Below, one piece after another: positions 29,786-38,620 of a DNA stretch of 64,000 nt. Under the pieces are notes generated by a model. That model made no database searches, was not told the origin of the DNA, and was given only the letters and a program-made list of their open reading frames with translations. Source of the stretch: Fidelibacterota bacterium (GTDB lineage Bacteria; Fidelibacterota; Marinisomatia; Marinisomatales; Marinisomataceae). Numbering within the stretch: position 1 is the first letter of the stretch; each line of letters begins with the position of its first letter. Position numbers and translations under genes: made by a program. The stretch covers positions 544,001 through 608,000 of the forward strand of contig OZ243041.1 of the NCBI GenBank assembly GCA_965212055.1, read 5' to 3'.

Positions 29786-31131
29786 TACCCTAACTTATCT
29801 AGAGCTTTCTTAAAACAATCTATCCCAAAATCAATATCTTCAGTTTTTACATTTAAATGAGGACGAAAACGGATAGATTGATGTCCAGATCCTAATAAAA
29901 TTGATCCTTCTTCTAAAAGCAATTCTGCCAACTTATCTCTTTTGTCTCCAGAAGGAAGATCAAATGCACAATACAATCCTCTTCCTCGCGCATTAGAAAC
30001 AAGATTGGGATATTGTTCCTGAAGTGCGTATAAACGATTTAACAAATAATTTCCAGTTTTTTCAGCTTTCTCTACTAGGTTCTCTTTCTCTATTAATTCT
30101 AAATAGATAGTAAGTCGCACCATATCAACCAAATTGCCACCCCATGTGGAATTTAATCGACTAGATTCTGCAAATACATGGTTCTCTACTTCTTCCACGC
30201 GATTGCTCACTGCAATACCGCATACCTGAGTTTTCTTACCAAATGCAATAATATCAGGCTTAGCAGATGAATCTTCTCCACAGCAACAATCGCTACATCC
30301 ATGTGCTGAAAAATGTTGATGTGCCCACATTCTTCCTGTAACTCCAATTCCTGTTTGTACTTCATCATAGATGAGCATAATATCATTTTCATTGGCAATA
30401 TTTCTCAATTCCTGGAAAAACTCACATCGAAAATGATTATCGCCTCCCTCTCCCTGAATTGGTTCAATAATAATAGAAGCAATATTGTCTGGATTGGAAG
30501 AAATAGCATCTTTTATTTCTGTGAAAGCCTGGTTCTCTAATGCAACCACTTGATCTAAATTTTTCTCTAGAGGAAATGTAATTTTTGGATTGGTAACTCT
30601 TGGCCAATCAAACTTAGGAAAATACATGGTTTTTCTTTTATCGGGAGAATCGGTTAATGACATTGTATATCCGGAACGACCATGAAAAGACTCTTTAAAA
30701 TGGATTACTTTCTCCCCTTTTGCGCTGCTTCCTTTAGCTAAATTTTTTCTACGCTTCCAATCAAAAGCAACCTTTAGCGCATTCTCTACAGCCAATGTTC
30801 CTCCTTCAATAAAAAACGTATGAGGTAAATAGCTAGGTTGGGCAACACGTTTAAATGTTTCCATAAATTCTGCTAGTTCTAAAGAATAGACATCTGAGTT
30901 GGTAGGTTTATTAATTGCAGCAACTTTTAAGCGCTCTGATTGCTCTAATACATAAGGATGGTTGTATCCAACAGATAATGAAGCAAACATTGAAAACAAA
31001 TCAAGATATTCTTTCCCTGTCACTTTATCTACTAACCAAGAACCGTGAGATTTTTCTAAATCAATGATTGGGGACATCCCGTCCGCTAAGATACTGCTAC
31101 CAATAACTTTTCTAATATCAGATGACTTCAT
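29785..31131 (-). CDS. lat: L-lysine 6-transaminase (class III PLP aminotransferase)
   Basis: GTLAVENALKVAFDWK, FHGRSGYTMSLT, FPKFDWPR, EPIQGEGGDNHF, DEVQTG, FGKKTQVCG, SRLNSTWGG. Confidence 0.9.
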   Translation of the reverse strand: MKSSDIRKVIGSSILADGMSPIIDLEKSHGSWLVDKVTGKEYLDLFSMFASLSVGYNHPYVLEQSERLKVAAINKPTNSDVYSLELAEFMETFKRVAQPSYLPHTFFIEGGTLAVENALKVAFDWKRRKNLAKGSSAKGEKVIHFKESFHGRSGYTMSLTDSPDKRKTMYFPKFDWPRVTNPKITFPLEKNLDQVVALENQAFTEIKDAISSNPDNIASIIIEPIQGEGGDNHFRCEFFQELRNIANENDIMLIYDEVQTGIGVTGRMWAHQHFSAHGCSDCCCGEDSSAKPDIIAFGKKTQVCGIAVSNRVEEVENHVFAESSRLNSTWGGNLVDMVRLTIYLELIEKENLVEKAEKTGNYLLNRLYALQEQYPNLVSNARGRGLYCAFDLPSGDKRDKLAELLLEEGSILLGSGHQSIRFRPHLNVKTEDIDFGIDCFKKALDKLG

Positions 31132-31135
31132 TCAA

Positions 31136-31918
31136 TTATCCATCTGTTCTTTCAGGATTTTGGAATGACCAATAACCGAGTGCTACTATAATTAATCCTA
31201 ACATCCAAAACGTACCATAATTATACGATGGTTCAGAGAATAAGATTAAATCATTAAAACGCCCAATTAGCAGAGAAATTCGGCCCATGACAGCAAACCC
31301 AAAGGATGCACCAAAACTAATCATTAGAAAGTAAACTCCTAAACGTGTGAAACGTCCATAAGCTCCAGACTGCTCTCTTGAGAAATAAAAATACATTAGA
31401 GCACTTATTGTGCCGATAAAAATAACAATATTATTGAAAATACTAGGTCCAGACATTGCAAAAAATGCTAATTCTCCACTGAATAAATCTACTGCAGTAG
31501 ATTTAACCTGACTGATAACATTGGAGCTTAAATATCCAAACGCTTTCAATCCAGCAGCAATTCCAACCGTATAAGCAATACCCCATCGTGCCATCCAATT
31601 AACCTGTTTGAATACACTCAATAGCATCATAATGCCTAAAAGCAACGGAAAGAAATATAAACCATTGTATTCATGGCCCTTATCAATAACATACATGTTT
31701 GCAAATGGACTATCTACAGCAAATAACCTACCAAATAAATTAGGATAAATTTGAGTCCAATAAAATGTGGCAGCCCAATAAGCAGCAGATACACCAACAA
31801 ATACATGTTCGGCTATCTTGTAAAATGGATTATCTCTATAGAGATATGAGAAAATTCCTAACGTAAGAAATGCAGCAATCCAAGCACCGAGTATTGTTGA
31901 AAACGACAGCTGTTCCAT
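31136..31918 (-). CDS. Uncharacterised integral membrane protein (GlmL-like cluster)
   Basis: About 6-7 TM; FSYLYRDNPFYKIAEHVFVG and MISFGASFGFAVMGR motifs. Confidence 0.8.
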   Translation of the reverse strand: MEQLSFSTILGAWIAAFLTLGIFSYLYRDNPFYKIAEHVFVGVSAAYWAATFYWTQIYPNLFGRLFAVDSPFANMYVIDKGHEYNGLYFFPLLLGIMMLLSVFKQVNWMARWGIAYTVGIAAGLKAFGYLSSNVISQVKSTAVDLFSGELAFFAMSGPSIFNNIVIFIGTISALMYFYFSREQSGAYGRFTRLGVYFLMISFGASFGFAVMGRISLLIGRFNDLILFSEPSYNYGTFWMLGLIIVALGYWSFQNPERTDG

Positions 31919-32767
31919 TTAGTATTTCCTCTCTCTTCGTTCGGTAATAAAGTAAGCTAAATTTCCCAAAATGATAAATAGGACAATAACAAGATGTCCA
32001 TACGATTGTGCTGCCATTCCTTGAATAGCAATACCAGGCGTCTCAATTAATTTTTCATATTCTGCCGCACCAGGCATCCCTGCAAGAATTCCTTTTAGTT
32101 GGCCACTTTGTACATAAGGCATCACTTCATTCACTTGAATAGAAGTTGTACCAGATGAAAGAGGAACACCTGTTGGATCTGCTCCATATTGTACCCATTC
32201 AAAAGTACCAGGATATCCTGCAGAACCTGTAAATATAAATTGGAAATCGTTTAGATTATTTATTCCTTCCATCATTGGAATTTCACTTATTGGATTTTGC
32301 GCTGCATCAACGGTAAATACTTTACGTAAATCGCTTGCTAGACCTTTTACAATTGCTTCGTTTCCAGGTCTAAATCCTAGCAAAACATAATCTTCATGTT
32401 CAACTAAATCGTATTCTTCATTAATTGTTTTTAAAGCATCTTTTGCCATATATAATCCATCGGGCCACAAACAAGTTATATAGATTTTATGTCCACGATC
32501 TTGACTAAGAATATGGCGCATAACACCTAATGTCATTGGATGAATCTCTGGTCTAGTACTAGGTCCATAATCAAATGAAATTAAAACATTAGAATTATTA
32601 GGAATACTATCAACAGCATCATAAACTCTTTGAGAAGATGGGGTTGGTCGTATTGCAAGATCAACAGGGCTCAACAGTGGAACAAGTACTGCTAATCCAA
32701 TTAATACAAAGATTACTCTCCTATCAACTGATCCAAACTTTACGATAATATCTTCAAGAAACCTCAT
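31919..32767 (-). CDS. Uncharacterised membrane protein with central soluble alpha/beta domain (GlmL-like cluster)
   Basis: N- and C-terminal TMs; SFDYGPSTRPEIHP, PYVQSGQLKGILAGMPGAAEYE. Confidence 0.8.
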   Translation of the reverse strand: MRFLEDIIVKFGSVDRRVIFVLIGLAVLVPLLSPVDLAIRPTPSSQRVYDAVDSIPNNSNVLISFDYGPSTRPEIHPMTLGVMRHILSQDRGHKIYITCLWPDGLYMAKDALKTINEEYDLVEHEDYVLLGFRPGNEAIVKGLASDLRKVFTVDAAQNPISEIPMMEGINNLNDFQFIFTGSAGYPGTFEWVQYGADPTGVPLSSGTTSIQVNEVMPYVQSGQLKGILAGMPGAAEYEKLIETPGIAIQGMAAQSYGHLVIVLFIILGNLAYFITERRERKY

Positions 32768-33780
32768 TGATCACCTATATATGATTTTTCCAATCCAAAT
32801 ATATATCTCAGACTGGTTACAATAATCCCTAATCCAATACCAATCATAATAGCTCGTGCTCCAGCTAAATTAGGTACTGTATAAATCCATTCCTGTAAAG
32901 CAGGTAGATAAAATATTGATGGTTGATTTATTGGCCAACCTGTAAACCAACTTCCAAGAACTTCAAAACCTGAAGTTATTCCGCCTGTAGTAAATGCCAA
33001 AAATATATCTACTACTGTTGTCGAATCTAAGTATAAGAACAAAGCTGTCACTCCTAATAAACCTAAAGCAACTACGATGAAAACAAGCTGACGGCTTTTA
33101 AAATATGTATTGACTACTATTCCAAGAACTAGAACCAGTAAGTACATAATAATCCAACTCGGAATAAGACTTCCTAGTGGAACTCTTCCAATCATAATAA
33201 TAATACCAGCTAATAAAAGTAGTGTTGCTTCGAAATTTCTTGCCCTAAACGCACGATACGATGCTGACGCAACATAGAATGCTAATAGAGCAAACATAGT
33301 TGCTGAAAGAGGTGTAAAGATGTTATCAAACATCCATTTAAATAACCCTCCTTCTGTTTGTATATGGGCTCCCCATTGTGCAGGTGTAATACTTGCAGTA
33401 ACACCTGAATCTTTTAACTGATTAACCGCTTCTTCTGCCGCCCCTTGTGTAAAGTATGTACTCTGCACATCGGCATTAGGAATATCAACCACAAAAGCAC
33501 CTCTCATAAAAAATCCTATAACAAAAACAGCAAAGAAAGAAACAATTGCAACAACACTATATTCCCAACCTGATTGTTGTTTAAGAACTTTTAAAAATTG
33601 TAGTTTTAATAAATTTAATGCTCCAAGAAAAATCGCAAAACTGGCAATAATATCATACCATTGAGTTGCATCGTCATCAATAAAAGCTTTGATACCTTCG
33701 CTCTCAATGAACCAGCCAAATAGAGTGAGAGATCCGAAAAATCCTACAATAGCAATTGGTATATATCTTTTCCAAATCAT
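32764..33780 (-). CDS. Uncharacterised polytopic membrane protein (GlmL-like cluster)
   Basis: PLSATMFALLAFYVASASYRAFRA and PNLAGARAIMIGIGLG; ATGA overlaps at both ends. Confidence 0.8.
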   Translation of the reverse strand: MIWKRYIPIAIVGFFGSLTLFGWFIESEGIKAFIDDDATQWYDIIASFAIFLGALNLLKLQFLKVLKQQSGWEYSVVAIVSFFAVFVIGFFMRGAFVVDIPNADVQSTYFTQGAAEEAVNQLKDSGVTASITPAQWGAHIQTEGGLFKWMFDNIFTPLSATMFALLAFYVASASYRAFRARNFEATLLLLAGIIIMIGRVPLGSLIPSWIIMYLLVLVLGIVVNTYFKSRQLVFIVVALGLLGVTALFLYLDSTTVVDIFLAFTTGGITSGFEVLGSWFTGWPINQPSIFYLPALQEWIYTVPNLAGARAIMIGIGLGIIVTSLRYIFGLEKSYIGDQ

Positions 33781-34739
33781 GATACTATCCAATCATATCC
33801 AGAATATAGAAAAGTTTCTAAAGCTGGTAAAACTTGTAATTTCTCAAAAACAAACGGAATAATATTAAGATCAAATAAGGCACGCATTACCAAACAAACA
33901 ACGATTAGTCCAATTAACATCAGCTTAACCGTATCTTGTGTTGTAACTCCACCAATTAATTCAGGTTTTCTAGAAAGGTAAGCACTTGCTGCAAAGTATT
34001 CTTCTCCCATTAAAGTATAGTCACAAGCTGTAACAAAGAAAGGAATTTGTGCTTGAGATGCTGTTCCAGCAATCTGAATTGCACCAATTCCATTTCCTGT
34101 TTCCGCAAATAGAAGTGATTCTGCGTAAAACTTACCCATATACATACATGCAGCAGGTTTGTCTCTTTGCATTATACCATTTACCCCAGCTGCATAAGCA
34201 AATTGATCATCGGTAATATAATGAACCATATCTTCATTAAACATTTCTGGTCGCCCTTGGCTAAGATATGCTTCTTTACAAGACTCTCTTGCTGCCTGCA
34301 TTACAATAGATCTTGCAACAGGCACATCAAGACCAGTCTCATATTGCGCAGTCATCTGTGCAACATGTCCTAAAATAATAACACCAGCAACTGTTTCAAC
34401 TTCGTTCATATCCATAATGCCTGGAACATAAAGAATTGGCCTACCCATTTCGGTAGAACGACCTACAGCTTCTTCAACAGCTTTTAACCCAGGAATTGTA
34501 CGTAAAAAAATTGAATCAGAATCTTTTCTTGCGTTTCGAATTTCATTAAGCAATACCATGATAACGGTAAGTAAAACAACAAACAGAAAGGCTCTATCTG
34601 AATTAAAAATTGATTCAACTGTAATATCCCAACGATGTAGTATAAAATTTAAAGCAACATGATAATTTGACAAGACATAGGTAAAAACGATAATTACTAA
34701 AATACCTATTCCATATTTTACACCACGTTGGTTACCCAT
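33777..34739 (-). CDS. DUF6754-like membrane-anchored protein (GlmL-like cluster)
   Basis: LRTIPGLKAVEEAVGRSTEMGRP, QFAYAAG, QIPFFVTACDYTLMGEEYFAASAYLS; family name recalled from motif, not searched. Confidence 0.7.
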   Translation of the reverse strand: MGNQRGVKYGIGILVIIVFTYVLSNYHVALNFILHRWDITVESIFNSDRAFLFVVLLTVIMVLLNEIRNARKDSDSIFLRTIPGLKAVEEAVGRSTEMGRPILYVPGIMDMNEVETVAGVIILGHVAQMTAQYETGLDVPVARSIVMQAARESCKEAYLSQGRPEMFNEDMVHYITDDQFAYAAGVNGIMQRDKPAACMYMGKFYAESLLFAETGNGIGAIQIAGTASQAQIPFFVTACDYTLMGEEYFAASAYLSRKPELIGGVTTQDTVKLMLIGLIVVCLVMRALFDLNIIPFVFEKLQVLPALETFLYSGYDWIVS

Positions 34740-35004
34740 TTTTACCTAATCTTTCCAATTCAGAGATTAAAAATTCTACGCTGACGTTGCTTTCAAATAA
34801 TTCTGCAGCCCTATAATAACCATCTGTTTTGACAAATGCACTAACTATTGGGCCAAAAAATACCATAGTTTGGCTACCAATAAAATTTAATGGTTTTACC
34901 ATCTCAAAAAAGAAAATAGCAGGAGTAACCAATTTGAATTCTATAATTTTTTTAGCAATTCCTGTTAAAAAGTTTTTATCATCTATTGTTAAATTTTGAA
35001 TCAT
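34732..35004 (-). CDS. Small uncharacterised protein (GlmL-like cluster)
   Basis: 90 aa; TPAIFFFEMVKPLNFIGSQ; overlaps both neighbours. Confidence 0.75.
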   Translation of the reverse strand: MIQNLTIDDKNFLTGIAKKIIEFKLVTPAIFFFEMVKPLNFIGSQTMVFFGPIVSAFVKTDGYYRAAELFESNVSVEFLISELERLGKNG

Positions 35005-36122
35005 TGTAATTCAACCATCTCTAAGTTAGCCCTTGGAATCAAGAAATTTTTACCATCAATTTTAATTTCTGCTACTCTCACCATTGTTTCAGATTCCATC
35101 TTATGTAATTTGGCTGGTAGAGAAGTAACTGTACCAATTTTTCCAAAATTTGGTGAACGGATTACTCTCACGATACTTCCCTCTTGAATTCCTTCTTGTA
35201 CATTTGAAGATGAATCTTCACTATCTTCATCTTTAAGTGGAATAACAATTTCTGGACGGATTACGCCAGCTCTTATTTGTGTTGCTCCATTGATGGAAGC
35301 ATCACTTCCATTATGTGATTTTAGCAAATCAAATGTTGCCTTACTCATTGGAATTGATCCATATCCTTCAGTAACAATAAGTGCCGTTTCTAATTTTTCA
35401 GTTCCAGTGATTGCAACACCCAAATTATATCCTAATACTTCCTTTAAATCATAATAATTAAACCCTCCAACAACTATCCCAGCAACATTACATGACATTG
35501 CTTTTTTATATGCATCTAAGCTTAAAAATGATCCTCCGATTAAAATCTTTCCAGCCATATCATTTGTAATTTTTTCTGCCGTTAATTCTTCAGACGGATC
35601 TTGAGAAACCAGTTGTAATGCCCCTTGTTTTTCTCCTGCAATACCAAAAATACCTTGGATAAAAGAAGCACTAGAAGTTACCACAATTCCTTCATTTTGG
35701 ATTACTTCTCCTACTTTACCGCGGACATAAGCATCTACTTCTACTGGAATTGGTGCTTCACGTAACACAACTCGCCCTGTACTATCTGAAATAGACTCAA
35801 CAGTACCATCCACTGGAGATTCAAGAGATGATTTGAACATGCCTAACAACCCTGCTGTTTCAGCAATTTTTTCACCTTTTTTAACACTATCTCCTTCTTT
35901 GACAATCAAACAATCTTTCACATCTCTTGGTTCAATATTGAGGATATTATTTACTTTTAACATTTGGACATTCCCTGGAAGAGAAGTTGACGCTACTATC
36001 GTTTCTGGAGATAATTTATCCCCTTGCTTTACTAAAACTTTTCCCTTCAGTGGCAAAATTCTTTCTTTTCTAAATAATGTCTTTTTTAAAACCTTTAATC
36101 CTGGAGTATACGAATGTGCCAT
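35001..36122 (-). CDS. Uncharacterised soluble protein with barrel-sandwich hybrid segments and C-terminal KOW-like motif (GlmL-like cluster)
   Basis: GKVLVKQGDKL, LIVKEGDSVKKGEKIA..SPVDGTVESI, GSIVRVIRSPNFGKIGTV. Confidence 0.75.
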   Translation of the reverse strand: MAHSYTPGLKVLKKTLFRKERILPLKGKVLVKQGDKLSPETIVASTSLPGNVQMLKVNNILNIEPRDVKDCLIVKEGDSVKKGEKIAETAGLLGMFKSSLESPVDGTVESISDSTGRVVLREAPIPVEVDAYVRGKVGEVIQNEGIVVTSSASFIQGIFGIAGEKQGALQLVSQDPSEELTAEKITNDMAGKILIGGSFLSLDAYKKAMSCNVAGIVVGGFNYYDLKEVLGYNLGVAITGTEKLETALIVTEGYGSIPMSKATFDLLKSHNGSDASINGATQIRAGVIRPEIVIPLKDEDSEDSSSNVQEGIQEGSIVRVIRSPNFGKIGTVTSLPAKLHKMESETMVRVAEIKIDGKNFLIPRANLEMVELQ

Positions 36123-37948
36123 TAGAACAAATCTCCTTTAGGATATTCATTAACCGCATCAGACCAATTAAGTAAATTTTGGATACGCTCTGAAGAATCC
36201 TTCGGTAGGTTAATTGGTCGATTTCTACCATCAAAGATTAATCCAACAATCCCTCCATAAATTGTGGAACTTAATGGCTCCCCTTTTCCAGCTCCTACAT
36301 CAATTCCCCTTGAAGGTTGTATGTCAATCTTTACCGGCTCGTAAGGAACTTCCAGCATTTCTAAAGACCCTTCATTGATATTAATTTTCTTTGTTGAACC
36401 ATCTTCAAAACTCAAAGATACTTGGGCCATTTGAGACCTTGGTTTTGCCTTACCTATTGGTGCAATACATGTCCCTAATCTAATTAAACAATCGTTATCA
36501 AAAACTTCTAAAGCTGCTTGACTCGCGTCCTCTTTCAATTCTTTGCTATCGATATTGGCTAAAACTCCTAATTGAGGCATCATAAAAATTGAGTCTACCG
36601 CTATCTGTGTAATTCCTTCTGGCATAAATGCATCAATAAGCATTCTAGCAGATTGTTGTCTACGAGGAGCATGAGACAAAACCCCTCCGGATCCTACTAA
36701 TAAATCTAATTCCATCATGTTTACAAGAGATTGTCCACTAGATGATTGTTCAAAAGCATCAGAAATTGTTCTTTCTGATTGAACGCCTTTAAGGCTCGTA
36801 GCGAATGATTTATGCTGAATAAATGACAGCCTTAAAGCTTCTCTTGCAATTGCTTGTTCCACTACCAACTCTTCTAACGATTGAGGAACAGTGGTTGGAC
36901 GAATCATCTTATTTCCAATACGATTTGTCAAATTGCTATGATCGATATCAAAAGGAACCCATCTTAAGACATTATCCAGACCAGATTCAGCCAATACATT
37001 ACAAATTGAATAACTCATCCCAAGATTAGCGCTTACAGTACGATTAAACTTTCCTTCAAACACTGAAAAAATATCTGTTGTTGCTCCACCAATATCAACG
37101 CCCACTACAGAAATATTCTCTTTCTTTGCAATCATTTCAATTAAAGAACCAACTGCTCCAGGGGTTGGCATAATTGGAGCATCTGTCCAAGACATTAATT
37201 TTTTATATCCTGGTGCTTGTGCCATCACATGCTCCATAAATAAATCATGAATTTTATCTCGAGAAGGTTCCAAATTTTCTTGTTCAAGAACTGGACGAAT
37301 ATTTTCCACAATATCTAAATCTGATATCTCACCCAATGTTTTTTGAATATTATCATGTGCTTTGTTGTTGCCAGCATAAATCACAGGCAGTTTATAATTC
37401 TGACCAAGTCTAGGTCTAGGATTAGCAGCTGCTAATATTTCTGCTAATTCCATCACATGTGTTGTTGTTCCTCCGTCTGTACCACCTGATAATAAAATCA
37501 TATCAGGTCTTAGTTGGCGAATTCTAGTAATTTTTTCATGAGGTAATCGACCATCATTGGATGCCAACACATCCATCACAATTGATCCAGCTCCTAAAGC
37601 AGCACGTTCTGCGCTTTCACCAGACATAGATTTTACCACTCCAGCTACCATCATTTGTAATCCACCGCCTGCGGAACTTGTGGACACATAAATATCAACC
37701 CCTTTTTTTCCATTATCAGGAGTAATAATTTTATCTCCATCAAGAATTGTTCTTCCAGATAATTCTTCTACTTCCATTACAGCATTCAAAACACCCTTGG
37801 TAACATCTTCGAAAGGGGCTTCTACAGTCGTGGGGGCTTCTCCTCTAAATGTTAGACGATAACGATTGTCTTTCCATTCAATTAAAATTGCTTTTGTGGT
37901 TGTACTACCACAATCTGTTGCTAATATAGATTTAATCTTTTTACTCAT
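36122..37948 (-). CDS. Glutamate mutase L (GlmL/MutL)-like ASKHA ATPase, C-terminally extended
   Basis: TDCGSTTTK (phosphate 1), SSAGGGL, LSGGTDGG, IYAGN, MPTPGAV, VDIGGATTD (phosphate 2), RTVSANLGM, GSGGVL. Confidence 0.85.
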   Translation of the reverse strand: MSKKIKSILATDCGSTTTKAILIEWKDNRYRLTFRGEAPTTVEAPFEDVTKGVLNAVMEVEELSGRTILDGDKIITPDNGKKGVDIYVSTSSAGGGLQMMVAGVVKSMSGESAERAALGAGSIVMDVLASNDGRLPHEKITRIRQLRPDMILLSGGTDGGTTTHVMELAEILAAANPRPRLGQNYKLPVIYAGNNKAHDNIQKTLGEISDLDIVENIRPVLEQENLEPSRDKIHDLFMEHVMAQAPGYKKLMSWTDAPIMPTPGAVGSLIEMIAKKENISVVGVDIGGATTDIFSVFEGKFNRTVSANLGMSYSICNVLAESGLDNVLRWVPFDIDHSNLTNRIGNKMIRPTTVPQSLEELVVEQAIAREALRLSFIQHKSFATSLKGVQSERTISDAFEQSSSGQSLVNMMELDLLVGSGGVLSHAPRRQQSARMLIDAFMPEGITQIAVDSIFMMPQLGVLANIDSKELKEDASQAALEVFDNDCLIRLGTCIAPIGKAKPRSQMAQVSLSFEDGSTKKININEGSLEMLEVPYEPVKIDIQPSRGIDVGAGKGEPLSSTIYGGIVGLIFDGRNRPINLPKDSSERIQNLLNWSDAVNEYPKGDLF

Positions 37949-38595
37949 AACAAATATTGACCAATAACATATAACAATGTTGGCGGAGATGTCAATATTA
38001 AAGAATCAACTCTATCCAATGCACCACCATGTCCCATTAATAGATGAGATGAATCCTTTACATTCGCTTGTCGTTTTAAGAAAGATTCGAATAAATCGCC
38101 TAAAAATCCAACAATGCTGAAGATCAATACGAACATGCACTGGTCACCTATGCTAAGATCAAAAACAAAGCGATCAAATAGCAATATAAACGCTATGGAG
38201 GCTATCAAGCCACCGAATAGACCTGCGTAAGTTTTGTTTGGACTAATTGATGGGGCAATTTTCTTTCCACCAATCAAACTACCAAAGATGTATGCAAAGG
38301 TATCGTTTAATGTCACTCCACAGAACAACATAAGTGTAAAATAAGAATTCAACTCGTTATCGATGCTGCGCAAAACAAGCAAAGATGAAAGACCAACACA
38401 CACATAACAGATACCAAAAAAAGCCCAAAGAACAAAATTCCTATCTTTTGACCTCAAAGAAAGAAATTCGATGAAAGCCATTGTCATAAAAAATACTACA
38501 AAAATTTTGAAAGCCCACCCGCCAATTAAGACAATCCATATAGAGAGAGGAAGACCTATTAGATAAACGGGAAGTCTTGATTGAAGAGAACTCAT
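37945..38595 (-). CDS. cdsA: Phosphatidate cytidylyltransferase
   Basis: NDTFAYIFG, SISPNKT, GDLFESFLKRQANVKDS, GHGGALDRVDS. Confidence 0.93.
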   Translation of the reverse strand: MSSLQSRLPVYLIGLPLSIWIVLIGGWAFKIFVVFFMTMAFIEFLSLRSKDRNFVLWAFFGICYVCVGLSSLLVLRSIDNELNSYFTLMLFCGVTLNDTFAYIFGSLIGGKKIAPSISPNKTYAGLFGGLIASIAFILLFDRFVFDLSIGDQCMFVLIFSIVGFLGDLFESFLKRQANVKDSSHLLMGHGGALDRVDSLILTSPPTLLYVIGQYLL

Positions 38596-38620
38596 ATTAG
38601 AAGCTAAGAATAGTTCCTAA

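Noticed and set aside
35001..36122. RnfC/NqrA of a respiratory complex, or the biotin carrier of a Na+-decarboxylase
   Set aside because: No Fe-S Cys motifs, FMN-attachment motifs, AMKM motif or carboxyltransferase among the cluster genes.
36122..37948. DNA mismatch repair MutL or a true methylaspartate mutase
   Set aside because: Motifs are ASKHA/actin-like (GlmL family), not GHKL, and there is no cobalamin-binding motif or mutase subunit.
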